Positions 24,900 to 39,089 of a stretch of DNA of 64,000 bases are shown one piece after another (position 1 is the first letter of the stretch; each line of letters opens with the position of its first letter). Source of the stretch: Octopus sinensis. Lineage: Eukaryota. The notes below the pieces were generated by a model. That model searched no databases, had not been told where the DNA came from, and was given only the letters and a program-made list of their open reading frames with translations. The translations under genes and the position numbers were made by a program. The DNA lies in the NCBI RefSeq assembly GCF_006345805.1, contig NC_043018.1, forward strand, positions 19,282,001 through 19,346,000, read 5' to 3'.

Positions 24900-25520
24900 T
24901 TATTAGTATTAGAAGTTGCATTGATATTATTATGATTATATTTATTTTTAATAGGATAATAATCAATATTAACGTTATTAAGATTCTTATAATTTAAGGA
25001 AGATATAATTCCACTTGAATTAGGTATTGTGGAATAGGAGAATTTTATTGTTTATTGAATATTTTGTGGTAATTATTATTTAGCGGGAAGTGTTTTTTCT
25101 AATTGATGAAAGAATAGAAAAGGTATTTTAATGGATATATGACTACTAAATGCAGCATTGATGAACAATAGAAGCCACTGACTGCTTAACACATTATTTT
25201 AAACCTTGAGTCGAAGGATTTGTTTGTAATTCGTACATAATTCTTTTCTAGTATGTTCATTACATTTTCAATACTTATGTTATGTTTCCAGTTTTATCAG
25301 AATGCACTAGAATTCCTGAAGCATTTTCAAGTTTTTTAATTAAATAATTTAATCTACGATGTTCATTATAACGGAGAGGATGGCGCTTGAATTTCGATGT
25401 TCTCAATGATATTCATTAAGTCTTCTTCAAATCCAATTATTTGTTAGTTTTGCGGTAGATTTTACGAGATTTAAAATAATGTTTTAAGTAGTTAGTAGAT
25501 TCTATTATCCGTGAACTAAT
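24900..25520 (-). pseudogene. Penelope-like relic, internally deleted
   Basis: Minus frames: FEEDLMNIIENIEI, ILVHSDKTGNI, KHFPLNNNYHKIFNK, IKFSYSTIPN. Confidence 0.7.
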
Positions 25521-25738
25521 CCTATTCTTCTTTACAAAGTTCTTATTTTTGCTGTGTAAAATACTGATCCTAGCAAAAAAGAAATTGATATAATTGTACA
25601 TGCCAGGAAAAATCAAACTATTATTAAATTTGAAAATAAACAATGAGCTACAAAAAAAAAAAACTGTCAGTTTTGACACCACTTATCACTATGGGGTCTA
25701 GCGATTCTGGAGAAGTCACAGAATATTCAGCATACAAT

Positions 25739-25878
25739 AGAATTCTCCTGCTCCATAATACCTAATTCAGGTGATATATCTTCCTAAAATTAGAAAAACC
25801 TAATAACATTTATGATTATACCCTATTAAATATAGCAATAATCGTAATAATATCACTACAACATCTAATCTTACTACT

Positions 25879-25929
<51 letters not shown>

Positions 25930-25937
25930 TGCTGCTG

Positions 25938-25982
<45 letters not shown>

Positions 25983-26170
25983 AAAAAAATAATAATAATA
26001 AGGATAATAATGATAATTACCATCAAGAACAATATCATTGTAAGATTAAATTCAATTAAATTATGTAATTGTCGAAAAAATACGTCTTGCCCTTTAAATA
26101 ATAAATGTCTTCTGGAAAACATAATTTATAAATGTTCTCTCCATACTCACCAAACAATATACCAATACCT
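25739..26170 (+). pseudogene. Penelope-like RT-EN linker relic with embedded (TAC)/(TGC) microsatellite
   Basis: LCNCRKNTSCPLNNKCLLENIIYKC at 26061-26135 is the PLE Cys-rich linker. 25739-25880 is an inverted diverged copy of ~24900-25046. Confidence 0.75.
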
Positions 26171-27889
26171 ATGATGAACTGACAGAATCGTTAGCACGCC
26201 GGGCGGTAATTCGTCCGTTTTCACATTCGAAGTTCAAATTTCGTCGAGGTCGGCTTTGTCTTTCATCCTTTCGGAGTCGATAAAATAGATACCAGTTCAG
26301 TACATTTTAACTATTCTCAGTGCATTTTCAACTTCCATTTTTCCTATATTTTCTACCCGTGTGGAATAAAATAACTTAATTTTTCTACACATACACACTC
26401 ACACACACGCACACACACACCTATGTATATATGTGCACGCATTAAACTACATTGTTGCTCATCATTATATTCATGCAGTTGAATGCTCTTTGTTTTCGAA
26501 GCACTGTAACTGGTCACACATTTATGCACATACATAGACACAAACACATAGATATACATACGTACACATACACACACATACAAACATATGCATATATATA
26601 TATATACATCGATGTTATTTTATGTACATATACATATAAAATTTGATTCATATATATGTATATATGTATATATATATATATGAATCTATATTATTTTATG
26701 TACATATACATATAAAATTTGATTCATATATATGTATATATATATGTGTGTGTGTGTGTGTGTATATATATGTATATATATGTGTGTATATATATATATT
26801 ATATGAATTAGAGTGTGTTGATAAAGAAAGAAGATAACTAATCACAAGATAATCATTTAACCAGTTAGGTCAATAGCTCAATAGATCAATAGATCAATAA
26901 ACAAATCAGTTAAGCCGACAAACAAAAAGTTAAATCGATAGGTAAATATTTAAATTAATATATAAATAGATAAAACTTTCAATTTTAGTTTAAAGATCTA
27001 TCGATTTTTATCGCTTTCATCTTTATGGAACTGTAATTTACCATCATTAGTTAATATCATGGCTACTCAGTGTTTCCCACACGAAACTGGCTGTTTTACG
27101 AAGTTCAGTCATTGCACTGCGGCCATGCTGGATTACCGCCTTCAAAAGATTAAGTCGATAATCTCGACATCCACCAATTCTTGAGAAAGAGACAGTTGGG
27201 CGCAGCTGTTTGACGCTGACGATCTGGCACGGCTTACTGGACTGTTAGCCTGTTTTGGCGACAGGACTTTTTAGTGCTGGAAGTAAACACTGATATACAT
27301 ACACAATCATATACTCACACACATTCACTCACACATTCATGTGCAGAAACATGCACACACAAATAGGAAGGATGAGAGAGGTGAGGAGAGACCTTGCACT
27401 TTGTTAATTGTACATGAATGACCTAAAATCTCTCTCTCTCTCCCCTCGCAGACACAGAGAAATACACTTGAACACATAAAGAGAGAGAAAGAGAGTGAGT
27501 GAGAGACCTTAACATTTATCAATTGAGTGTAATTCATATAAATGCCTTCCTTCTCCACGCAGAGAAATAAGTTTACACACATAAACAGAGAGAAAGAGAG
27601 AGAGGGGAGAGGGGGAAGAGAGAAGGAGAGAAGGACAGCAGGAGAGGAGGGTAGAAACATTAAAACGCCTAATGTCAAATAAGTCAGTATCGAATCAATG
27701 TGCTGCTAAATAGGCGGCGCCGAAATGGCTACGCCAAAACGTCTCATACCCCAGAATTTATACCTATCAAGTAATTAATTTATTGATTTCTATTTAACGA
27801 AGGGAAAGTTGAGTTACTTCTTTGTTGTAAAGAACATAATTAAGCTCACTGTTTTAAATCTAGCATAACTAAATATGGAAACAAGAATC

Positions 27890-28290
27890 AAGGTTAACCT
27901 TTGAGATACAAGATCTGTTTTTGCGAAGCAAGGCTAATCTTTTAAAAGCCAAACCAGTTTGTGGTGCAGGATCAGTCTTTTAGTCTTTGAGAAGCGAGAC
28001 TACACTTTGAAATACATAACCAGTCTTCGAGAAGCACAGCTAACCTTTGAGATGCAAAGTTAATCTTTGAGAAGCAAGGCCAATGTTTGAGATGCAAAGC
28101 CAGTCTTTGAGACATAAGGCTTAGTATCTGTGATGCAAGATAAGTAATTTTGTCTTTGAGAATTGAAGTATAACCAATCTTCGAGAGGCATGGCTAACCT
28201 TTGAGACGCAAAGTTAATCTTTGAGAAGCAAGGTCAGTGTTTGAGGTACAAAGCCAGTCTTTGAGAAGCAAAGCTATTCTATGAAATCAA
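27890..28290. repeat. Degenerate 20-bp minisatellite (CTTTGAGA.GCAA.G..A.T)
   Basis: TTTGAGA recurs at ~20-bp spacing, with a ~100-bp block duplicated about 155 bp apart. Confidence 0.8.
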
Positions 28291-28669
28291 GGACAGACCG
28301 AGAATGTAAGACAATCGCTGCGATACGTATAAATTATAATCAAGTCTATGTAAAATAAAGTAATATAAATTATATAGAAAGGTAGTGCCAAAACAATCTG
28401 TTAATTAAAATAGTTAACGACATAGCAGGAGATCGGAAATCTATTTGAAGGAAGTGTCTATGAAAATATTAGCAATATTGAATTTGAGTTTTCTGAAGTT
28501 ACAAACTATTGTAGATCTGTCTTAATCTCAATTGATTTGACTTTAGAATGTTCAATATTAAAAGATTTCATATTTGTTATTGAAATACAATGTAAATATT
28601 GTACAAAGCATACATATACGCACACACAAACACACACACATTTATATATCACACAAAATAATTATACAG

Positions 28670-28728
28670 TAATAGACATATATGTATAAATGTGTGTGTA
28701 TATATGTATATATATATACATTTATATA

Positions 28729-28768
<40 letters not shown>

Positions 28769-28846
28769 ATATATATATATGTATACATATATGTATATAT
28801 ATGTATATGTATATATATGTATATATATGTATATATATATATATAT

Positions 28847-28877
<31 letters not shown>

Positions 28878-28975
28878 ATATATTATATATATATATATAT
28901 ATTATATATATATATATATATATGTGTGTGTGGTGTGTGTGTGTGTGTGTATATGATGGAGAGAGAGAGAGAGCT
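28670..28975. repeat. (TA)/(TG)/(GA) microsatellite
   Basis: Read directly from the sequence. Confidence 0.95.
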
Positions 28976-29269
28976 AATAGTGAGGGATCAGCAATCCAGG
29001 TAAGATAATTTATAAGCTCCCTGTTCACACACCAGGCTTACAATATTGTTTAGATTAGTTAAGAATTCCAGGTATTTTTATGGCAGGGTTCAAGATTATG
29101 GCTCATCACAATTCTATTTTGTAAATCCGTGGATGGGCTCCAGACAAATTGGCTTTTACACAGAGTGATATATATATAAGACAAGGTATAAATAATGGTT
29201 ACAGCATCTTTTTCCTTTATTAGAGCAACACTGGCTTACACCTGTTTCCAGTAGTCATTATAGGCACGT

Positions 29270-31060
29270 TATTGATAGGTTTGCTCAACTGGTCTATATT
29301 GATCAGTTGAGAAAATTTGAACGATGTAAAAACCAGAGACCCTTACTCTCTGTCGTACATGCACACTGATATTGCACATCCAGTGAAGCATACTAGATCC
29401 ATTTCTTTCAAGACTTTGCATGTGCTCTGCCGTCACAGCCCATGTTTCACTGCCGTATAGCATGGCTGTGCGTACACAGGCCTCGTACAATCTGCCTTTC
29501 GTTCTGAGAGGGAGACTCTTTGTTACTAACAAAGGTAGAAGCTCTCTGAACTTTGTCCAGCCTATTCTTATTCTAGCAGCTACGCTCTTCGAGCACTCAC
29601 CTCCATTGCTGACTTGGTCACCTACATAATGAAAGCTATCAACAACTAATAGGCACCACAGCTGGCATTTGATGGAATCTATTTTCTGTATCTTTCTAGT
29701 GTTTATTGTACCTGTTCACCTTACACGCAAAGACTATTTTCCCTGTTAACCTTCCTCTCATATTGCTGCACCTCTTATGTGTCCATAGTTTGCATCGGGT
29801 ACACCTTATGGAGTTTCTACCTATGTCTTTTCTACAGATCGATAAGGGCCATTTACCTGAAAGGATTCGTGATTTGTCAGCTTTCCTACTAAGATTTTGT
29901 TTCTTTGATAAATTAACTCTAAGTTCCTTTGATGCCAGACCATGTTTCCACTCCTGAATTTGTTTTTCGAGTTCTAGTAGCAATTTGGCTATAAGAACAA
30001 GGTCATCAACATAAAGGAGCTCCCAGGGGCAGTCCGACTTAAATTCCTCTGTTGTTGCCTGGGAGACTAAGGAGAACAAAAGGGAAATGAGGACTGATCC
30101 TTGGGCAACTCCTACCTGTACGCTGAATTTATCGCTATAATCATTGCCAAACCTCATATTACTGACAGCATCCCTGTACATGACATGTACAGTTCTCACC
30201 ATCCACTCCTCTATCCCTAGTTTCTGCAATGCCCACCAGATAAGGAAGTGGAGGACCCTGTCAAAGGCTTTCTCCATATCAAGAACAGCCAAGTACAGAG
30301 GTATATTTTAGGTTAGGTACTTCTCCTGCAGCTGCCTTACCAGGAATATAGCATCCAGGGGTGCTTCTTCCTAGCACAAAACCAAATTGCATCTCATTTA
30401 ACCTAATTCTTTTTCTAATTAATTGAGCTATGACCTTCTCCATAACTTTCATCACCTGATCCAACAATATCATACCTCTAATTATTTCTGTGTAAGGCGT
30501 CACCTTTGCCTTTGTAGCAGTTGGCTATGATGGTGCTACACGAGTCATTGGGTATGACTCCCTCGTGTTCAACCTGATTGACTACATAGGTGACGAGACA
30601 ATAACTCACACTACCAGATATTTCAAGCATCTCAGCGGTGGCTCCTAATGGGCCGGGGGCTTTCCCCATCGTCTACTCTTCGTGGCTTTACCTATCAAGC
30701 TAGTGTCTATTCGGATAGCTGGTCCCTCTGTTGGATCCACTTTTGGCAGCTCTTCTTATCCCATGAGTTCTCAACATTTAGCTGCCTTTCGTAGTGGCAC
30801 GTCCAAACCTTTTTCTTGGCAGAATGACTAACTGCAAGTAAGCCATCATCCATGCGAACGCACTTCTCTCCAACATAAAGATCTTCCCTGATACACTGCC
30901 TTGCATTCCAAAACACTTCAAGCTGCTTGCGCTCACGTCGCAGAACATTGGCAAACTTCTTCCTTTCTGCTTCCATCTGGCCAAATATACCTGCCTCCTA
31001 GCTTCCCTTTTAGCCACCTGATATAGTTCCCTCAGCCACAAATTTGGTCTGAGGGTCTCA
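29270..31060 (-). pseudogene. RTE-clade LINE reverse transcriptase, frameshifted and truncated at both ends
   Basis: Consecutive ORF pieces: KAPGPLG, NCYKGKGDAL, QFGFVLGRST, DMEKAFDRV, GVAQGSVL, LLYVDDL, a Cys-rich insert (C..C...HKRC), and KGRLYEACVRTAMLYGSETW. Confidence 0.9.
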
Positions 31061-31209
31061 GTAATTACCAGTTATCCTCTTTGATGCATGTCTGTAACTC
31101 TTCCTTCTTCTCATTAAACACTTCAGTTCGGAGTTCGGACGTCTCTAATATCTGACTATTCAGAGGATCCTTAAGGGTTGAACTCCTTTTCCCAAATGGC
31201 TTATATATA

Positions 31210-31214
31210 CGATA

Positions 31215-31261
<47 letters not shown>

Positions 31262-31425
31262 TGTATATATATCCATATATATATATTGTTATATTTCGGA
31301 ATGGTCATATTGCCAGTTTAGACAATATATTTAGCACAACAAATATTAAACATATATATATATATAATATATATATATATATATTATATATCTATATATA
31401 TATATACAAGATATAGATATAGATA

Positions 31426-31472
<47 letters not shown>

Positions 31473-31577
31473 GAGACGAGATATAGATATAGATATGTTT
31501 CCACGTCCTCGCGTTGTTGTGTTTTCTCTTGTGTTTTCATGTTTGGATTAAAGTATATATATATGCACATATATATA

Positions 31578-31623
<46 letters not shown>

Positions 31624-31954
31624 ATTTATATATATGTAATATATATACATATACATATATATATTATATATATATTTATATGTATGTATGTATTTTTGTA
31701 TGTATGTTTGCATGTATGTATCTCTATATGAACATAAAGGGAGAGATTTGTGTGGTGATGGATTGTGTCTGAAATATACAAACCATCTCTACAACAAAAG
31801 TTTCTGATATGATACACGATTTCATTGCTATCGAATTTTCCTTTCATGGTAATCCCTGTTAAATTACTTAACCAATAACAAAAAAACCCAATATCGATGT
31901 CTGGCAACCTTTTTCCTTTATATCTGATACAAAAAATTATATTGTTATTATCAA

Positions 31955-32008
<54 letters not shown>

Positions 32009-32170
32009 CGTACAAATATATTTATTTATATATATATACAGACATGCACGCATACACCTATACAATATATTATAAACATATATATGTATGTGTATATAAA
32101 CATACATACATATGTACATACATATATACACACACATATTTTATATATATTATATATTACATCATATGTA
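31210..32170. repeat. (TA)n-rich microsatellite field
   Basis: Read directly; interrupted by short non-repetitive pieces. Confidence 0.85.
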
Positions 32171-32266
32171 TGTGTATGAAAATGGGAGATTGGAAAAAGT
32201 TTCGGTATTCTTTATTCTGCATTAAGCATGTTTCATTGGCTAATAGGAGTTACAACATTGATGGAT

Positions 32267-32557
32267 GGAAGCACTCCGTCGGTTACGACGACGAGGGTTC
32301 CGGTTGATCCGAATCAACGGAACAGCCTGCTCGTGAAATTAACGTGTAAGTACTGAGCACTCCACAGACACGTGCACCCTTAACGTAGTTCTCGGGGATA
32401 TTCAGCGTGACACAGAGAGTGATAAGGCCGGCCCCTTGAAATACAGGTACAACAGAAACAGGAAGTAAGAGTGACAGAAAGTTGTGGTGAAAGAGTACAG
32501 CCGGGATCATCCCCTGCCGGAGCCTCGTGGAGCTTTAGGTGTTTTCGCTCAATAAAA
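32267..32557 (-). mobile_element. SINE family C, 5'-truncated
   Basis: Near-identical to 11501-11800. Confidence 0.9.
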
Positions 32558-32596
32558 CATGTAAGATATTTCCTATTAGAAAGAAATAATACAGTA

Positions 32597-32768
32597 GGCG
32601 CAGGAGTGGCTGTGTGGTAAGTAGCTTGCTTACCGACCACATGGTTCCGGGTTCAGTCCCACTGCGTGGCACCTTGGGCAAGTGTCTTCTACTATAGCCT
32701 CGGGCCGACCAAAGCCTTGTGAGTGGATTTGGTAGACGGAAACTGAAAGAAGCCCGTCGTATATATAC
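32597..32768 (+). mobile_element. SINE family A 5' half, ending at its internal (TA)n
   Basis: Head through GAAAGAAGCCCGTCGTATAT. Confidence 0.88.
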
Positions 32769-33015
32769 GCTCGAAACGTGAAATCCCCTTACTTTTCTTT
32801 CCTTTCCTGAGCGTCCAATAATACTGTACTTATTCCATGTCCTCGCGTTGTTGTTTTTTCTTGCTTGTTCATGTTTGGATTGACTATATATTTTTTAATG
32901 TGTGTGTGTGTGTGCGTGCGTGCGGCTGTGTGTGTATAGATATACGTAAACACATATACATATGCATACATACTGATATATGTATGCAAACATATATATA
33001 TATAAGTATGTATGT

Positions 33016-33218
33016 GGCGGCGAGCTAGAAGAAACGTTAGCACGCCGGTATTTCGTTCTGAGTTCAAATTCCGCCGAGGTCGACTTTGCCTTTCATCCTT
33101 TCGGGGTCGATAAATTAAGTACCAGTTACGCACTGGGGTTGATGTAATCGCCTTGATCCGTTTTTCTGTCCCTGTTTGTCCTCTCTATGTTTAGCCCCTT
33201 GTGGGCAATAAAAAAAAA
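33016..33218 (+). mobile_element. SINE family B monomer with internal deletions
   Basis: Head, central motif and CCCCTTGTGGG end are present. Confidence 0.85.
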
Positions 33219-34451
33219 TGTGTGTATATATAATATATTCATTGGGCTTCTACATAGTTTCTATTGACCAAATTTCATTCACATGGTATAAGTCAACCCA
33301 GATGTAACTCGTCCAAGGGGCTACTTCGCATGATTGAACTCCAGTCACCGTATTTGCAAAGCAAATTTCCTTTACTCCACCGTCTTACCCTCACATACAC
33401 GTACGTACTCAACCTGACACATAGCATGTAATATTTAATTTTCCAAAGAACATCGTTATTTAAAAATTACCATAATATGCATTTACCATTTTGTACATGT
33501 TAACTTATCTTTATAAAACTAAAAATCCGATTCACATGAACGCCAAGTCCCACATTTCTTTCTTTCGGAATCAAGTTGCTCGTTTTATAATCACACATTT
33601 TTATACATATATTTTTCCATAACTTCACCTAAATATATTTCATTAGCTGTTTTCTTTCCCTATTTTTTCCTTTCTTTTTCATAATCAATATCCTTAAATT
33701 TTTCCCCTCCAAGTTTTATACATCTATCAATAAATTGATTTCTTGTAGACACAATGTTCAATGTTTACCTACAAATGTGTATTACTTTTTTTTTCCTACA
33801 TAACACTGCCTGTTGTTGGTCCAAATCTAACTTCACTGTTAATGTTCTCAACCGACACAAACTCCTCTTTAATTTAATAATACTATAGTTTTACACATTA
33901 CAAATTGCTTTTGGTAGTTATCACGCACATACACACACACACAAGCACCTATATATTATTGATATGAAGCCGTCATGTTAAAGACAAGGTTTTTATTTCG
34001 TAGTATTATTTTTTAAAAAATAAAACAAGTCCTATTTTCTGTACAAGTTTTTATTTTCTTCTCTTTATCATTTGGAGAAACCATTACGAGTTTCTATGTG
34101 AAAATTAAGATCTACATTTCCACATTTCTACGTAATATATTATTCCATTTTACTTTTTTTTTTCTTATAAATATATGTCTTACATATACATCCCTCATAC
34201 ACACCCCATACACATACACAAGCATATATAAATATATATTACACACATATATAAATTTATACACACTACAAACGTCCACATCTATATATTCATATCTATC
34301 TATCAATATATATATATATATATATAATATATATATATATTATATATATATATATATATATAATATAATATATACATATACATATAAATATATTTATATA
34401 AACGTATACATATATATAAATGAATACATGCATATTATATATATACTATTA

Positions 34452-34482
<31 letters not shown>

Positions 34483-34508
34483 CATTATATACATATATAT
34501 ATATATAC

Positions 34509-34564
<56 letters not shown>

Positions 34565-34636
34565 TATGTGTGTGTGTGTGGGGGGGGTGTACCTTTTGTA
34601 ACAGCATTAATTGGCTGTCCTGAGACTATATATTAT

Positions 34637-34670
<34 letters not shown>

Positions 34671-34739
34671 CAACAACACTGCCTGTTTTATTACCTAATG
34701 TACGACCATCTTTTTTGATTCATGAGTAACTGTATAACT

Positions 34740-34808
34740 ATATATCTGTATCTATCTATCTATCTATCTATCTATCAATCTATCTATCTATCTATCTATC
34801 TATCTATG

Positions 34809-34856
<48 letters not shown>

Positions 34857-34858
34857 AA

Positions 34859-34900
<42 letters not shown>
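34740..34900. repeat. (TATC)n plus (TG)n microsatellite
   Basis: Read directly from the sequence. Confidence 0.95.
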
Positions 34901-34901
<1 letters not shown>

Positions 34902-35450
34902 GATAAATTAAGAATTTATAAACTTTGAAGAACATGGAATAATTCTATTTTGGAACGGTATATCTCGAATCAGACAAAGTCGTATAGAATAGTGTGTAAA
35001 TATTGTGTTAATATACATAACGATATAAATGCAGTATAGTTGAATGGTTAGCGGTTCCTTTGCAATCAAGATATCCTGAGTTCAATTCTACGGTGTTGTA
35101 ACTAAGTAAATGTCATTTACTGTAACATAGAGTTGACTTATGCTCTGTGATAGAAATTTGGTAGACGGAAACTATAACGAAGCTCTTCAGATAGATTGTG
35201 CTGGTAATTCACTGGGTGATGCTGGTTCTACCTGAGAATGATGTTAAAGGTAGCAATCTGGTAGTATCAACAATATTTGTTTCTTAAGGATACACAAAGG
35301 GATTAAGTCGATTACATCGACCCCAGTGCGTAACTGGTAATTATTTAATCGACCCCGAAAGGATGAAAGGTAAAGTCGACTTCGGCATCAACAATATTAA
35401 AAATATAAACACTAGCTGGGAATCCACCGGCTTATTACAGCAAGTAACTA

Positions 35451-35481
<31 letters not shown>

Positions 35482-35900
35482 GTTTAACTTCCGTTTTCCA
35501 TGCTAGCATCGACTGGACGGTTCGACCGAGGTCTTGGAAAACAGGATGCTGCACCAATCTCCAGTCTTATCTGGCAGTGTTTCTACAGCTGGATGCCCTT
35601 CCTAACGCCAACCGCTCCGTGAGTGTAGTGTGTGATTTTTACGTGCTACCGGCACATGGGCCAGAGGAGGCTGGCAGCGGCCACGGTTGGTTGGTGCTTT
35701 TTATGTGCCAGCGGCACGGAAGCCAGTCAAGGCGGTGCTGGCATCGACTACGTTCGGATGGTGCTTTTTACATGCCACCAGCATGGGTATCACAACTACA
35801 ATTTCCATTTGATTTTTATTTTGATGTTGATGTTGATGTACTTGACTCAATAGGTCTCTTCAAGTACAGCTGGTCACCCTACGATCCAAGGTAAGCACAG
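35451..35900 (-). mobile_element. Family D retroposon (RTE-type 3' end, (GAT)n tail)
   Basis: Shares GGCGTTAGGAAGGGCATCC and CCATGC.AGCATGGAAAA..GA..TTAAA.GATGAT with 42780-43430 and 51511-51568. Confidence 0.75.
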
Positions 35901-36280
35901 CAAGCCGTCCTGCGATCCAAGGTACTTTGAATGGGCTGGAGCTGGTTATGTGAAGCTGGTGTAAGATACAGCCATGAACTCACTTTATTTGTCGGGTCTT
36001 CGCAGTCACAGCATATCTCCAGGGGTTTTGGTCTTTCGTCATTGCCTCTGTGAGGCCCAACGTTGGAAGGTCATGCTTGACCACCTCTTCCCACGTCAGA
36101 TTAAATAAACAGTGCTAACTTATAATAATAAAAATAGTGTTTATAAAACAAAGTAATTATTGCAAAACGCACATTCAGACGATACAACAACCATAGACTA
36201 CTGCATACTTTGTTTCTCAATCAACTTCACAAACATAATATCACACGCAAAACAAGTCTAATAAAGATTTGTGAACAGTA

Positions 36281-36671
36281 GGCGCAGGAGTGGCTGTGTG
36301 GTAAGTAGCCTGTGTACCAACCCCATGGTTCCGGGTTCAGTCCCACTGCGTAGCACCTTGGGCAAGTGTCTTCTACTATAGCCTCGGGCCGACCAAAGCC
36401 TTGTGAGTGGATTTGGTAGACGGAAACTGAAAGAAGCCCGTCGTATATATGTATATATATATATATGTATGCGTGTGTGTGTTTGTGTGTCTGTGTTTGT
36501 CCCCATAGCATTGCTTGACAACCGATGCTGGTGTGTTTATGTCCCCGTTACTGGGCTTACAAAGAATAAGTCCCAGGGTCGATTTGCTCGACTAAAGGCG
36601 GTGCTCCAGCATGGCCGCAGTCAAATGACTGAAACAAGTAAAAGAGTAAAAGAGAAAAGAGAAAAAGAGTA
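36281..36671 (+). mobile_element. SINE family A copy with internal ~45-bp deletion
   Basis: Colinear with other A copies except between CCCCGT and CTGGGCTTAC. Confidence 0.9.
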
Positions 36672-37259
36672 CATCTCGTAAACAACGTCGTTGAACAATG
36701 TACGAAGAACAGGACAAGCTTAGATCGATATCTATGTAACAGGTTCAATACCATAAAATATATTAACTAAATAAATTGTTTATTAAACGTAAAGCAATAA
36801 AATAAAAAAGGGAATCAAAATTAAATTGAATGGAATTTTAAAAAAATTATATATAGTTCTATAACTAAAATAAATGCATACACTGTATATGCACATTAAT
36901 GCAGACATTTTCTGTTGAACAAATTTTGTATTATCTTATTGGAAGTGTTATTTATTTTGCTCATCCCCCAACCAAGTCTCCATTTGTTCAATTACACCTG
37001 TCATTGCTAACATTGCTGACAACATGAAAAATTCCAACCAAAACAGAGTATTTTATTCAATAAAAACAATACAGTCAGAATAATTGTTGAAATATCTGAT
37101 TAAATTAATCTAAGGTCATATAGTTTTTTTAAAATCTAAACAAAAAAAGCAATCATTATTTAAATTTCATCTTAATTTAAATACATTTTTTTGTTTTTAA
37201 ACATTATTTGTAAACAACATATCCAAAAATCATTTTGTTTATAACAAAGTTAGTAAACA

Positions 37260-38360
37260 AAAATTTGCCCTTTTAGTGGTTTCTTGGAACTTAACAGCAT
37301 AAATCTTAGCAGATATCATTTATTTGGAATACAAATTAATATAGAAATTTGATTTAGATCAGTTTACAACTGGAAATGTGTATCATAGAACCAGAAGTAG
37401 TCTCAGGCAGGTTGGTATCAAAATAATTGACCTTTTTATTACCATATTTCTGTTGAAATATACTTTGTTTCAATTTAATTTTGAAATTATGAAGAATTTT
37501 GGTAAAAAAAATTTTGTCATTAATAATCTGGTTTTTGGAACTTAAATTAAAAGGAAATTTTGATGGACGGTTTAATCTAGATCACTTTAACACTTTTGTT
37601 ATCCTTTCTGTGAAAATACTCATTTGTGTCAATTTATTTGGAAAATAATAAAGAATTTCGTAAAATAAATTTCTCCAGCATCAAGCTAGTGTTTGGAATA
37701 TAAATCAACAGGAAATTTTGATGGAAACTTTTGAATTTAGATTACTTTAACCTTATTCTTACCATATTCTTGTTGAAATACACTGTTTTTGTCTCAATAA
37801 AATTCGAAAATAATGAAGAATTTAGTAAAGTAACCTTGTCATAATTAAGCTGGTCCTCAGGACATAAATTACCACGAAATTCCGAAGGAAGCTTTTAATT
37901 TGGATAACTTTTAAAGAGGAAGTTTGTATCATAGAACCAAAGGCAGCTTCAGGCAGATTAGTATCGAAAAAGAATTTTTTTTGTTGCTGTAATTCTCTTG
38001 AAATACTCTGGCGGTGTTTCAATTACTTTCGAAAATAATGAATTTGGTTGATTAACTTTGTTATTATCAAATTAGTGTTTGGAGCATAAATTAGCAGGAA
38101 ATCTTGATGGAAAGTTATAATTAACATCACTTTAACCCCTTCGTTACCATATTCCTGTTGAAATATGCTGCCTTTGTTGAATTTAATTTTTGAAATAATG
38201 AAGGATTTAATAAAATAGCTTTTCTCATTGTTAAGCTGGTGTTTAGAACATTAATTATCACGATGTTTTTGATGGGAAGTTTTAATTTAGATTAATCTAA
38301 AACAGGAAGTTTATATCATAGTAGCAGAAATGGTCTCTGACCAGATGGCATCAAAAGGGT
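37260..38360 (+). repeat. AT-rich tandem array of ~160/~225-bp units
   Basis: GATCACTTTAA-like landmark recurs at about 37355, 37578, 37737, 37897, 38122 and 38286. Units share TTGAAAATAATGAAGAATTT..AAGCTGGTGTTTGGAAC. Confidence 0.8.
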
Positions 38361-38889
38361 TAATGATTGAATTTTGCTACATCTAATTCTTTTTCTTCAT
38401 AATGGTGGCGCCAGTACTTGTAGGTGAACCATAAGATATTTCTACTTTGTTTTAAGAGTTTGTGTAATTAAAAACATAAAATAATTGACCAATAAACTTT
38501 GAGAGATTAAAGTAAAAAGCAGCTAGGATAGGTTATGGGCAAATGACAGTGTTGTTGTTGTTGTTGTTGTTGTTGTTGCTGGTTGTGGTGGTGACGACGG
38601 TGAAGAAACATTAATTATAGTGGCTCATATATTAAAACTACATGATTAGGGGTGGAAAATCAAGAGAAAGAACAAACGAGCAATATTAACTGAATTAATG
38701 AGGAGGAATTATATATTAAAACGAATAAATTGCAACATACACGAAATCTCTGACAATATGTATATGTGTGTGTGTGTGTGTGTATTTATATATACACATA
38801 CATATATATATATATACATACATACATATATATATGCATACATAGATATATACATACATACCTACATAGATATATACATACATACCTAC

Positions 38890-38991
<102 letters not shown>

Positions 38992-39089
38992 ATTCATAAG
39001 AAAATGTGTTTTGATGTAAAAATATTCTAACAGTGATAAGGAGTTTTATTAAAAAATTTACTTTATTAATACTTACTGTCTATCCTGGT

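Noticed and set aside
27225-27290. Possible minus-strand microexon (TTTACTTCCAG acceptor, CA|GTAAGC donor) and the CAG|GTAAGA site near 29000
   Set aside because: Isolated splice-like motifs are expected by chance, with no supporting ORF or neighbouring exons.
32761-32880. CGCTCGAAACGT repeat end as a hammerhead half
   Set aside because: No upstream CUGANGA is present; the upstream sequence is SINE A.
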